Shown here in pieces: positions 10,993-20,215 of a stretch of 64,000 bases of DNA. The position numbers and the translations under genes were made by a program. Location of the stretch: contig CAVPLT010000001.1 in assembly GCA_963706325.1 (NCBI GenBank), positions 928,001 through 992,000 on the forward strand. Direction: 5' to 3'. The notes below the pieces were generated by a model, which did no database searches, had not been told where the DNA came from, and was given only the letters and a program-made list of their open reading frames with translations. Numbering within the stretch: position 1 is the first letter of the stretch; each line of letters opens with the position of its first letter. Source of the stretch: an uncultured Nitrospiraceae bacterium (GTDB taxonomy: Bacteria > Nitrospirota > Nitrospiria > Nitrospirales > Nitrospiraceae).

Positions 10993-13719
10993 TTATTTCC
11001 CCGCTGAGAAATGGTTCGGGGAGGAGTTGTTCCTGCCCTGAATGAACCAACGATCGACAACCTGCCGCAATCGATCACCGTCGAAGGGTTTCAGTAGGTA
11101 GCTCTGGGCTCCTGCCTCCACTGCTGCCATGGCTCGGTCCAACGCCCCTACGGCCGTCATCATCACCACGGGCAGCGCGGGGTGGGTGGTCCGCAGTTGA
11201 CAGAGCACATCAATTCCGTTCACTTCGGGGAGTTCAATGTCGAGCAAGACGCCATCGATCGGTGTGTCCGCCAGAATTCGCAGCGCCGTCCGCCCATCGC
11301 TGGCAAGGGACACCTGGAAGCCGTCCGATTCCAACCGGTCACGCAAAAGGTCGCAGATGTCGTGGTCGTCATCCACCACCAAGAGTTTTCCGCTGGTGGT
11401 GGGCAAGCGGGCGGGAGCCGTGTTTTCGTGCGGGTGCAGGGGCAGGCTGAAAGAAAATTGCGTGCCCTCGTGCATCGTACTCTGAACCGAAATGCTGCCG
11501 CCGTGCAGATCGACCAAATCTTTGACGATGGCCAGCCCGAGTCCCAGACCCTTCGTCTGGCTCCGCTCCTGCTGTTGCACACGAAAAAACGGATCGAACA
11601 ATTTGGGGAGCGCATCGGCAGGAATGCCCTGGCCGGTATCACGAACCACGATTCGCGCCATGTCCTGATCAGGAACCGACAGGTCGACTGAAATAGTCGC
11701 CCCATCGGGGGTGTACTTGATGGCATTATCGATCAGGTTCGTCAAAATCTGGCTGAGCCGGTCGTGGTCTGCCCACACCCGCAGCAATGGATCATGACTG
11801 TGTAGGTCCACGTGCAGATGTTTGACAGTAGCGAGGGGACGTAATTGCTCGATCACTTCCGTAACCACCTCGGGCAGCACGACGTAGTCGAAAGAAAGCA
11901 CCATCTTTCCAGCTTCCACACGTGACAAGTCGAGCAGATCGGTGATCATCCGCGCCAGCCTGTTGCCGTTGGCTTTAATGCGAGTGAGATACTGTTCCTG
12001 CTTCATGTTCAAGGACCCGACGAGACCCTCGATCATATTGTCGGCGAACCCCACAATGCTGGTGAGCGGAGTTCGTAATTCGTGGGAGACATGAGCCAGG
12101 AACTGAGACTTGAGACGGTCCAGTTGTTTGAGGCGTGCATTCGCGGCTTCCAGTTCCGCGGTGCGTTCATGTACGCGGGCCTCCAAGCCGGCATTCAATG
12201 ATTCGATTTCACGGTAGGCTTGCGCATTGTCCAGCGCGATGGCAACTTGGCTGGCAAGAGTCATCAGCACGTCGAGATCGTCTTGCGTGAGCGCCTGATC
12301 GTGCGTGCGGTCCACGGATAGTGAGCCGATGACGGCATCTTGGGTTTTGAGAGGCACGGTGATGAATGACTTCACATGGGCCATCGAGACCAATTTCTGA
12401 TTGAACGGCTGCAGGTGATCCCAAATATCGTGAATATTGTTGGTCAGCACCGGCTCGCCCCGCAACAAGACCTTCCCTTCCACGCTGTCGGGATCGGACA
12501 CCGGGACCTCTTGGGTACGCACAAACTCCGCCACCTCTTGCGGCACCCCTCGGACTCGAAAGTCATGCGACACCTGTCGAGCGCGATCGAAGTGGGCGAT
12601 CATGGCGCGGTCGTAGTGCAGCTCTCGGACGATCGTATCCAGAACCTTGGTGAGCAGTTCTTCCCGATCGAACGTGGAACTGAACAGCAGTCCGGCGCGG
12701 TGGAGCGTTGTCAGATCATTCACTTTTCGGCGTAGAGTAACCGCCGTACTCTGTTGCTCCAGGTAGGCCTCGCGTAATTCTTCATGGCGTGCATCGACGG
12801 CCTGCTCCTGATCCTTGATCAAGCGTTGCAGTGGTTTGGCCGCCTGCCGCATATGGAAAGTGATCATCCACCAGAGCAGGGATGCCGGTATGGCTGCGAG
12901 TCCTGCGGCCTCCATCGTCGGCATATCCGGCTGACGGAGATGCAGATATGTGTATGTGCTCCCTGCCACGAGCATCCAGATAGCCAGCGGGACAGAGCTG
13001 CGGATCTGCGGTGTCCATGTAAATTCCCACTCGCAATAGGGATCACCCAGTGCCGTACAAGCGAGGTCCCTGACCGTAGCGGCGGGGGTCCCGTGCATTT
13101 GTGTCTGAACCCGTGCAATGCTGCTTTTGCAGGACACACAGATCACATCGACGCATCGTTTGCGATAGGGGCCGAATTGAGCGAGGGCTCGGTCCGTGAA
13201 GGTCATCCGCAGAACCGCCGAGCGCGTGGTGACCCGGCCGACCTCAAATTCCAGCACGCCGCGGACATATTTACTGCCGAAATAGGGCCACATTTTGTAG
13301 AGCTGTTGCGTGGAAAACGGTCGAGCCAGGATTTGGATGATAGGCGGGACTTTTTTTTCCGTTCCCACATTGATGTGAAATTGAGGATCGCCGGAGAGCT
13401 GTTCGCAAAACTCACGAAGGTAACAGACAAATTCATAGGCGTAGCTATTCCAGGGATTTCGAAGAAAATCTGGAGTGACGTGATAGTTTCTGTCGGGTAG
13501 CCGGTCATTCAGCAACCGGCAGAGGCGGTCCATGGCCTGTTGAGCGGCTTCGGGTCCGGCGGTGTGTGTGAGGTAATCGCACATGTAATCGACGTTCGAC
13601 TGGACGACCACACCGGTGATGTCGCAGATCTTTTCACCTCGATCATCGAGGCCGAATGGGCGAAACTCCATGAACGGCCGTTCAAGAATGCTGTGGTCTT
13701 TTGGCAGGAGGTCAATCAT
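10993..13719 (-). CDS. Hybrid sensor histidine kinase: V4R/H-NOX-like N-domain, 2 TM, GAF, HisKA, HATPase, REC
   Basis: CTALGDPYCEWEFTW (V4R-like), SHELRTPL H-box, NLIDNAIKY, DTGQGI, GLGLGLAI, LVVDDD...LLDIELP...KPF. Confidence 0.9.
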   Translation of the reverse strand: MIDLLPKDHSILERPFMEFRPFGLDDRGEKICDITGVVVQSNVDYMCDYLTHTAGPEAAQQAMDRLCRLLNDRLPDRNYHVTPDFLRNPWNSYAYEFVCYLREFCEQLSGDPQFHINVGTEKKVPPIIQILARPFSTQQLYKMWPYFGSKYVRGVLEFEVGRVTTRSAVLRMTFTDRALAQFGPYRKRCVDVICVSCKSSIARVQTQMHGTPAATVRDLACTALGDPYCEWEFTWTPQIRSSVPLAIWMLVAGSTYTYLHLRQPDMPTMEAAGLAAIPASLLWWMITFHMRQAAKPLQRLIKDQEQAVDARHEELREAYLEQQSTAVTLRRKVNDLTTLHRAGLLFSSTFDREELLTKVLDTIVRELHYDRAMIAHFDRARQVSHDFRVRGVPQEVAEFVRTQEVPVSDPDSVEGKVLLRGEPVLTNNIHDIWDHLQPFNQKLVSMAHVKSFITVPLKTQDAVIGSLSVDRTHDQALTQDDLDVLMTLASQVAIALDNAQAYREIESLNAGLEARVHERTAELEAANARLKQLDRLKSQFLAHVSHELRTPLTSIVGFADNMIEGLVGSLNMKQEQYLTRIKANGNRLARMITDLLDLSRVEAGKMVLSFDYVVLPEVVTEVIEQLRPLATVKHLHVDLHSHDPLLRVWADHDRLSQILTNLIDNAIKYTPDGATISVDLSVPDQDMARIVVRDTGQGIPADALPKLFDPFFRVQQQERSQTKGLGLGLAIVKDLVDLHGGSISVQSTMHEGTQFSFSLPLHPHENTAPARLPTTSGKLLVVDDDHDICDLLRDRLESDGFQVSLASDGRTALRILADTPIDGVLLDIELPEVNGIDVLCQLRTTHPALPVVMMTAVGALDRAMAAVEAGAQSYLLKPFDGDRLRQVVDRWFIQGRNNSSPNHFSAGK

Positions 13720-13868
13720 AGGCGATCAGACCGATTTGAGGCGTCTCTTCAAAGGAATCCTGCGCTAGGCGTACGGCCGGTTGAACTAAGCGAGCAGGCT
13801 CTCCGCAGTTGTATTGCATTGTCGACTTCGCGGAGGTCGGGTAGTCTCTCATCACGGATGGTGACTCG

Positions 13869-15602
13869 TTAGTCAAGGTCTCGGCAAGGTAGCGCGTCTC
13901 GGATGACGGAACGTTCGAGGTCACAAGTCTTTAGATATTCGATAATGGCCCAGCGATCGGCGACCGGCAATTCACATCCTAAAGTGCCGCCGCCCTTCGC
14001 CGTAGGCCCACAATCCGATCCCTTGAACTCGTGTCCCGCCATGCTGTTGCCTGGAAGTTGTGTTTTGAATTCGAAACCTCCCAATGGATCGCGGAAGGTC
14101 GGAGACCCATTGCATTCTGCAACGATAAAACCGACCTTGACCGGGTCAAACTCCATGTTGGGACTGAGATAGAAACAGCCAGGCCGGTCCTTCGCCGGGG
14201 AGAGCAATGCGTACAGATTGGGAATCGAGCCGTTGTGAAGAAATGGAGCGGTGGCCCACACCGCCAAATGCGGACGGGCTATATATCGGGGATCATCCCG
14301 CCACTTGTTGGTGAGATGATGGTAGTCAGGATGGTTCCCCGCGCCGCTCTGTGTCATCAATTCCGTGGTCACCCATTCAGATGCCTCCCTTGCCGATATC
14401 CGGCCTCGTCCCAGACGAGTGAGATCGACCGTCCGGTTGGCGAAGTTCTCCAGGTAGAGGCTGTCGGTGCCGATTTCCTTCTGAGGGATCAGGTGGACAT
14501 TCAGGCTCGGTCCGTTCGGATGAGGATTCTGGATTCGATCGGCGACATGGCAATGAGCGCAGAGGTTTGCAATTCCGTTCTCTCGGTTGCCGTGGTAGAG
14601 CTCTTTTCCCCGTGCGGCCAACTCCCGGTTGATGGCAGGAAAGGCGCTCGGCCATCTGGGGGGGTGCAGTCGTCTGGCAATATCCTCCAGTGATTGTAAG
14701 GCGGCCATATCGACCGACGACCGAAATGCCTCGCTCTTGTCCGCAGGTGTTTGGGGGGAGGTCTTCGTCCAATCAAAGAGCGCGGCATTCACACCAATGA
14801 CCTGAGCAATATTTCTGGCGAGCGGGTGTTGGATCGAGCCGGCCCACTGAACCCAGTCATATTCCCACACGCCCCACAGCGCTGGAATGCTTGCCGGCGC
14901 GTTGGCCGGTCTGAGGTTGTCTGGATTGAGGGGCCCGAAGACGGCATTGCCGCCACGACCGAGCGCGTCGAACCGTCCCGGGCCCCACAGTGCCGGCGAC
15001 GCATCCTTTCCTCCCCGAGTGATGAGATCCTTCACGACTTCGGCGAGCTTATTGGCTAGCTCCCCGAGGTTTTTCTGCGTCACTTCTTGCCCGCGACGTT
15101 GGAGCACACGAGTGGCGAAGGGAATGAACTTCTCGGGTGATTTCAACTCACCCAGACTTTCCAGGAAGATCTGCAGGAAGCGTTGGTTGTATTGAAGGGA
15201 GGGCCCGCCTTCGATGCGAATCGGGTTGCCTTGATAGGTGAATTGAGTGGTGTGACAAAATGCACAGGTCAGACCGACCTGCGGCTCTGAAACGTTCGGT
15301 CCTTCGGTTTTTGAAAATCCAATCGGAAGTCTGTCCGGATGGGTCGGGTCGACGAGTATGCCGGTTCGAGTAAAACTATTCCTTAATGGTTCGTCCTCAA
15401 GGGCAATAAACCAGTCATAGGGAATCAGTTGTGTGCCTGCCGAGGTATGGTACCACCCCTGCCGGTCTTGCTCCGTCCAGCCCTGAATGGGGGAAGGCTG
15501 TCGAGCCTGCGAAACAGGCAGGTCGGCCGCCCGGCAATGGACGGTCGAGCAAGCGCAAAGCAGTACTGCCAATGCCAGGATGCGTTGGATGTCAAAGAGC
15601 AT
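13869..15602 (-). CDS. Exported di-haem c-type cytochrome, RoxA/MauG/peroxidase-like
   Basis: Two CxxCH motifs (CAFCH, CAHCH), VWATAPFLHNGSIPNL motif, GPGRFDAL, signal peptide; ATG 15602 follows AAGGAGA. Confidence 0.85.
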   Translation of the reverse strand: MLFDIQRILALAVLLCACSTVHCRAADLPVSQARQPSPIQGWTEQDRQGWYHTSAGTQLIPYDWFIALEDEPLRNSFTRTGILVDPTHPDRLPIGFSKTEGPNVSEPQVGLTCAFCHTTQFTYQGNPIRIEGGPSLQYNQRFLQIFLESLGELKSPEKFIPFATRVLQRRGQEVTQKNLGELANKLAEVVKDLITRGGKDASPALWGPGRFDALGRGGNAVFGPLNPDNLRPANAPASIPALWGVWEYDWVQWAGSIQHPLARNIAQVIGVNAALFDWTKTSPQTPADKSEAFRSSVDMAALQSLEDIARRLHPPRWPSAFPAINRELAARGKELYHGNRENGIANLCAHCHVADRIQNPHPNGPSLNVHLIPQKEIGTDSLYLENFANRTVDLTRLGRGRISAREASEWVTTELMTQSGAGNHPDYHHLTNKWRDDPRYIARPHLAVWATAPFLHNGSIPNLYALLSPAKDRPGCFYLSPNMEFDPVKVGFIVAECNGSPTFRDPLGGFEFKTQLPGNSMAGHEFKGSDCGPTAKGGGTLGCELPVADRWAIIEYLKTCDLERSVIRDALPCRDLD

Positions 15603-15947
15603 GGCGCATCTCCTTGTGGTAGGGCGAGACAATCCCGGCAGACGATTCTGCCAACGACGGAGTGTGGACAAGACAGTCATACGTATGTCTCAGGCCGATC
15701 TGGATTGGTATGGAGAAAAGAAGCCGCACCTCACCATATCGTGAGAGAAGCAATCCATAGATGCCATACGCGCGGAGGCAGGGTACCTGGATCAGAATGC
15801 GAATGCCATTATTTTTTAAGGGCTCCCAGCCTCTTTCGAGAAGGCGAGCCGAGCAAAATGGATGCATTTCGCCGACAGGCAAGATAACGGAAAGAGGTGA
15901 TATTGAAAGAGAGAAAGCGAGTAACACGAAACGGCGTGAGATGCCGG

Positions 15948-16463
15948 TTATTGATGCAGATGCTTCATCGCGGCCGCGCAAAGGATAATGAAAAATCCCA
16001 TCCACAGAGCTGCTCGTTGATAGGGGATCGATTCGTAGTGTTCGCCTTCCTCTTCTGCGTCCTGATCCGCTTTGAAAATGACGGTGTACAGAAACAATGT
16101 GAGCAGGCTAAGGACTAGGATGAGCTTAATGCACAGAATCCAGAGATACTTGGGATGGTGTTGTATGGCCTGGCCGGTCTGCGACGTAAATATTTGATTG
16201 ACGTAGCGCAGGTTGATGCCGCCGGTGAACAGCAGGACAATCAATAGAATCCCGGCAACGCGCTTATAGTATTTGTAGAAGGCGTCAGTGATTGGGCGGA
16301 CATATTCTTTCGGTAGCCCGGACTCTCGCAGCCCAGGCTTTACAGCCATCACGAGGAAGGCGAGCCCCCCGATCCAGATGACGGCTGACAGGAGATGGAA
16401 CCAATGGTTCACGATTGGAACCAGCTGATTCAGGTCGAGGAAAATGCTTTGTAAGGAATCCAT
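15948..16463 (-). CDS. CopD-like four-helix membrane protein
   Basis: HWFHLLSAVIWIGG motif and four hydrophobic segments. Confidence 0.7.
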   Translation of the reverse strand: MDSLQSIFLDLNQLVPIVNHWFHLLSAVIWIGGLAFLVMAVKPGLRESGLPKEYVRPITDAFYKYYKRVAGILLIVLLFTGGINLRYVNQIFTSQTGQAIQHHPKYLWILCIKLILVLSLLTLFLYTVIFKADQDAEEEGEHYESIPYQRAALWMGFFIILCAAAMKHLHQ

Positions 16464-16533
16464 TGTGATTGGTCAGGGGCGAACAGCGAATGCAGCTAGA
16501 GGCTACCGTAGGCAGTGCGTCTCGCCTGGTTTC

Positions 16534-17937
16534 CTAGTCCTTCCCTCGCATATCGAAATTGAAGACCGGCGCGTCGTTCCCGAAACGCTTCTTTCGGAGT
16601 TCTTCCATTAACTCCACGGTGACGAGCGCGATTCCATTTTCACGTGCGTGGCGTTCCACGCCTTTCTTGACCATGGCGCGAAGGAAGTAGGGGATTCGGC
16701 TGAGTCTGAGATCGGACGCCTCGTCCCATGCAATATCGGTTTCTTCCGGCGTGTTGAAAGCGACCTTGATCTTTTCGCCACCCTTGGGGGTGTACAGGCA
16801 CCATTGGTCTTCGTCAAGCCAGTCGCCATGATCCACGTAGGGTCGGGCCCGACACCCACCGCAGATATCCGTATATTCGCAATCGCCGCACTTGCCCTTG
16901 AGTTGCGGGTAGCGAAACGAATTGAAGACATCCGACTTTTCCCAGAGATCGACAAAGCTTGTCTCGCGGACATTGCCGGCTGATAGCGGCATATAGGGGC
17001 AGGGCGTCAGTTCGCCGTTCGGCGTAACCCGGGCATAGTTCGTCCCTGCCAGGCAACCGCCGCCCATGTAGCCGGTCGCTTTAGTCAACGGTGAATTGGG
17101 ATCCTTTTCGTACGCCAGCCGTTTGAAGTGCGGAGCGCAGCGGGCCCGTACTAACATGTCCTTATATTGATCCTGGCAATCCACCAGGTAGCCCAGAACC
17201 TCTTCATACTGTTGGGGTGTGATGTCGGTCAGTTCCTCTCCCCGTCCGGTGCACACCATGAAAAACACATTGAGCACCCGCGCGCCTAATGTATGAGCCC
17301 ACTCGACGACCGCTGGCAGTTCCTGGTAGTTCATCGGCTGGGCGCTGAAATGCACCTGGAATTGGAGCCCGTTGCGTTTGCAGGCTTCGATGCCGGCCAA
17401 TGCGCTGGCAAAGGCGCCGGGGACACCGCGAAACTTGTCGTGCTTGTCCGGATCAAGCGAATCGATGCTGATGCCCATGCCCATCACGCCGATTTCGACC
17501 AGCATTTTGGCCATGCGGTCATTGATCAACATGCCATTGGTGCCGAACACGACGATGAATCCAAGCTTCACGGCATGACGGGCAATGTCCAGGATGTCAG
17601 GGCGCACAAGCGGCTCGCCGCCGGTGATGACAAGCAGACAGCCTTTGTTCACTTCGGCGATTTGCTCGATGAGGCGGAAGCATTCTTCCGTGCTGAGCTC
17701 ATCCGACCCACCGCCGGCTTTCGTGGTGGCATCGAGATAGCAATGGTCGCACTTGAGGTTGCACCGTTTGGTGAGGTTCAGCGCAACAAGATAAGGTTTA
17801 AAGTCATCGACGGTGCGTCCATCGTTCGGCGCGGGCGACAGGGATCCCGGGGACATGAACTTGGAGATCTGTTGCTGGAGCGAATCCAGCTTCTCTCCAA
17901 TAAGCGGGAAATTAAGGACCGGCAATGACTTCCCCAT
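16534..17937 (-). CDS. Radical SAM/SPASM protein, AhbD/NirJ-like (haem biosynthesis), with C-terminal PCP_red domain
   Basis: CNLKCDHC, ITGGEPL, CAPHFKR, GGCLAG...PCPY, CGDCEY..ICGGCRAR; tail W..A..RLSRIPYFLRAMVKKGVE. Confidence 0.8.
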   Translation of the reverse strand: MGKSLPVLNFPLIGEKLDSLQQQISKFMSPGSLSPAPNDGRTVDDFKPYLVALNLTKRCNLKCDHCYLDATTKAGGGSDELSTEECFRLIEQIAEVNKGCLLVITGGEPLVRPDILDIARHAVKLGFIVVFGTNGMLINDRMAKMLVEIGVMGMGISIDSLDPDKHDKFRGVPGAFASALAGIEACKRNGLQFQVHFSAQPMNYQELPAVVEWAHTLGARVLNVFFMVCTGRGEELTDITPQQYEEVLGYLVDCQDQYKDMLVRARCAPHFKRLAYEKDPNSPLTKATGYMGGGCLAGTNYARVTPNGELTPCPYMPLSAGNVRETSFVDLWEKSDVFNSFRYPQLKGKCGDCEYTDICGGCRARPYVDHGDWLDEDQWCLYTPKGGEKIKVAFNTPEETDIAWDEASDLRLSRIPYFLRAMVKKGVERHARENGIALVTVELMEELRKKRFGNDAPVFNFDMRGKD

Positions 17938-20048
17938 TAGTGGCTCGCCCCGGCCTTGCTGGGTGAACCGGTCAGGTTGGCAATCATGTCTTTCAGATTG
18001 CCGGTCTTCATCGCATCGGCCATGTAGCCCTTGGCCTGCTCAATCCCCTCGGTCGCCACTTCCAACGTAATGACGGTGGTGCCGATCTTGTCCGCGTGTT
18101 TTTCAATCAGGGCCTTGGTGCACTCCCGCATAAACCCTTCCGGCGCCCGATCCAATCGAGCTTGGGCGTCCGGAGTCCAGGTATAGGGCGACACAGTTTC
18201 CTGAGGTGCCTGCCCCGGTTCGACTCCGGGGCCGTTCGGTGCGGGGACTTCGCTCCCGTTCGCTTCGGTTCCGGCAGCGGTCGGTTGAGGAGTTGTCCCC
18301 GTCCCCTTATTCGCAAAGATAGGGGTGTAATCTTCGGATGCCGCTTCTTTGATCATGGGGCCGGCATATTCGAGCGTAATCGTAGTCATGCCGAGTTTGC
18401 GTGCGCTCTTTTCAATCTTGGCCTTAGCGCGCCGACGTTGAAATCCCGCCGGTACGGAGCGAATGGCTTCCTTCGCGTCCTTCGTCCACTGCATGGGCAC
18501 GTCATCATAAGCCAAGTCGGTCTCGAGACCTCCCTCAGCTTTGGCCGCGGCCTCGAAGATGGTTTTATCGACTTGTTTGAATCGGGTGCCCTCGGCGCTG
18601 CACACCGGGCATTTCACGGGGGTATCGCCCTTTCCGATATAGCCGCACCCGTCGCAGACAAAGTAGTTCTGGCTCATGCGATCCAGGTACGCCTGGGTTC
18701 CTGGGCTATTGATCGGCTTTTCCTCGACGACTTGTGTCATCATGTTGCTGAGCGTGGACCCCATGAGGTCTTTGGCTACATCTTCGTCTGCTTGCATCTT
18801 GTTGCGATCAATGCCGGCGGCATCCAGGTTCCCACCCAATGCCCGCATGGCATCCATAGCCCCCTTCGGGAGGATGTGTCCGACTGCGGCATCGACGACC
18901 GTATTGCTGATGATGGTGTGTCCCTTCTCAATTGCGTACCGGTGAATGGCCGTTTTCGCGACGCCCCGCGCGAAGATAGGAATCCGCTCCATACGGTGCA
19001 GGGCCTCTTCCGTCCAGGCGATCGTATACTCCGCCTGCGTGTCGATCGGCGGCACATACTTGCGATTGGACACCAGAATGTTGCATGAAGCCGCCCGTAG
19101 CAGGTTTTCCGTGTTGCTGCCGATATCCATGTCTTCATCGCTGTGGACCCCAATTCGTCCAACGATGAGCAGCCACGGATTTTCTTTTCGCACATATTGA
19201 ATAATTTTTTCGAAGGCCTTTCCATCCAGCAGCGTCGTTTTCACGTCGGTCTGCTCGGCTTGGGCGATTTCACGTGAAATATCCAAGTGCGATTGGTAGA
19301 TCTTCGCCAGACCGCTGTCGATGACTTCTTCGTGCAGTTTTTCCTGTTCTTTGAAACGGAAGACCTTGCCGGCCTCTTCGTTAAGGACGCCGGAAATACT
19401 GTGAAATGCCGCATAATGGAAATAGGGATCGAAGGCGGAAATGGCTTCCACCGGCACGTTGAAGGCCTTGCCGAGCGCCAGACCCGTCATGAGCCCGCCG
19501 AAAGAGTAGGGGCTCCCATCCACAGCGACGACGATCTTACCGCTGCCCACCGGAGTCGGCTGTTTGATGATCAGCATGTCGGAATTGCGCACGCGCCGCA
19601 GGACCCGCTCCGTGTTGCTGCCGATCACACTATCTTTAACGGCTCCGACGCCCAAGGCCCCCATGATGACGAGATCGTAGGCGTTGGTATTGATGTCCTC
19701 GGCCAGCACTTTCCAATTGCGTCCTTCCAGGGAGCGACGCTCTACCGGAAGATTCGCCTCGGTACATTTCTTATCGACGTAATCAAGGTATGAATCTGTA
19801 ATGATCTGGAGCCCGCGGGTAATGAGTGAGTCGTGGATCTGGCGCTGCCGGTCAAGTTCCTTCTCGTCATGATATTCCTCGGGAAGGCCGGCTTCCATCT
19901 GCTTAAATCGTTTGTCGTGCATCTTGGCCGCATAGACGTGGCTGCCGACGATCTTGGAACCATAGGTCTTCGCCAACTCGACGCCGACATCAACGGCTGT
20001 ATTGGAATGGTCGGAATTATCGACCGGGATATAGATGGTCTTGTACAT
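17937..20048 (-). CDS. Tandem universal stress protein with a rubredoxin-like domain and three PCP_red domains
   Basis: YKTIYIPVDNS and IVVAVDGS USP starts, MGALG...IGSNTERV, CDGC...CPVC, three WT..A...(I/V/A)P..F repeats. Confidence 0.85.
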   Translation of the reverse strand: MYKTIYIPVDNSDHSNTAVDVGVELAKTYGSKIVGSHVYAAKMHDKRFKQMEAGLPEEYHDEKELDRQRQIHDSLITRGLQIITDSYLDYVDKKCTEANLPVERRSLEGRNWKVLAEDINTNAYDLVIMGALGVGAVKDSVIGSNTERVLRRVRNSDMLIIKQPTPVGSGKIVVAVDGSPYSFGGLMTGLALGKAFNVPVEAISAFDPYFHYAAFHSISGVLNEEAGKVFRFKEQEKLHEEVIDSGLAKIYQSHLDISREIAQAEQTDVKTTLLDGKAFEKIIQYVRKENPWLLIVGRIGVHSDEDMDIGSNTENLLRAASCNILVSNRKYVPPIDTQAEYTIAWTEEALHRMERIPIFARGVAKTAIHRYAIEKGHTIISNTVVDAAVGHILPKGAMDAMRALGGNLDAAGIDRNKMQADEDVAKDLMGSTLSNMMTQVVEEKPINSPGTQAYLDRMSQNYFVCDGCGYIGKGDTPVKCPVCSAEGTRFKQVDKTIFEAAAKAEGGLETDLAYDDVPMQWTKDAKEAIRSVPAGFQRRRAKAKIEKSARKLGMTTITLEYAGPMIKEAASEDYTPIFANKGTGTTPQPTAAGTEANGSEVPAPNGPGVEPGQAPQETVSPYTWTPDAQARLDRAPEGFMRECTKALIEKHADKIGTTVITLEVATEGIEQAKGYMADAMKTGNLKDMIANLTGSPSKAGASH

Positions 20049-20149
20049 TGACAACGCCTCCTAGGCAAACACTCTTACAAGGGGGTCAGATCAGAGAACC
20101 GCCAAGAATTCAAACGGTTGAATGGGACGTTAACCCCAAAAGAAACGGC

Positions 20150-20179
20150 ATGATAGCACCGGGCTCTCGGGTAAAGCAA
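20150..20179 (-). promoter_or_regulatory. sigma70-type promoter for the USP operon
   Basis: TTGCTT-18nt-TATCAT with extended TGn. Confidence 0.4.
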
Positions 20180-20215
20180 GCAAACCGGAGGTGAGCAAGG
20201 GGCTGTGAATATCGT

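Noticed and set aside
15750..15810. sigma54 promoter upstream of the di-haem cytochrome
   Set aside because: The TGGCAT candidates lack GC at the required GG-N10-GC spacing
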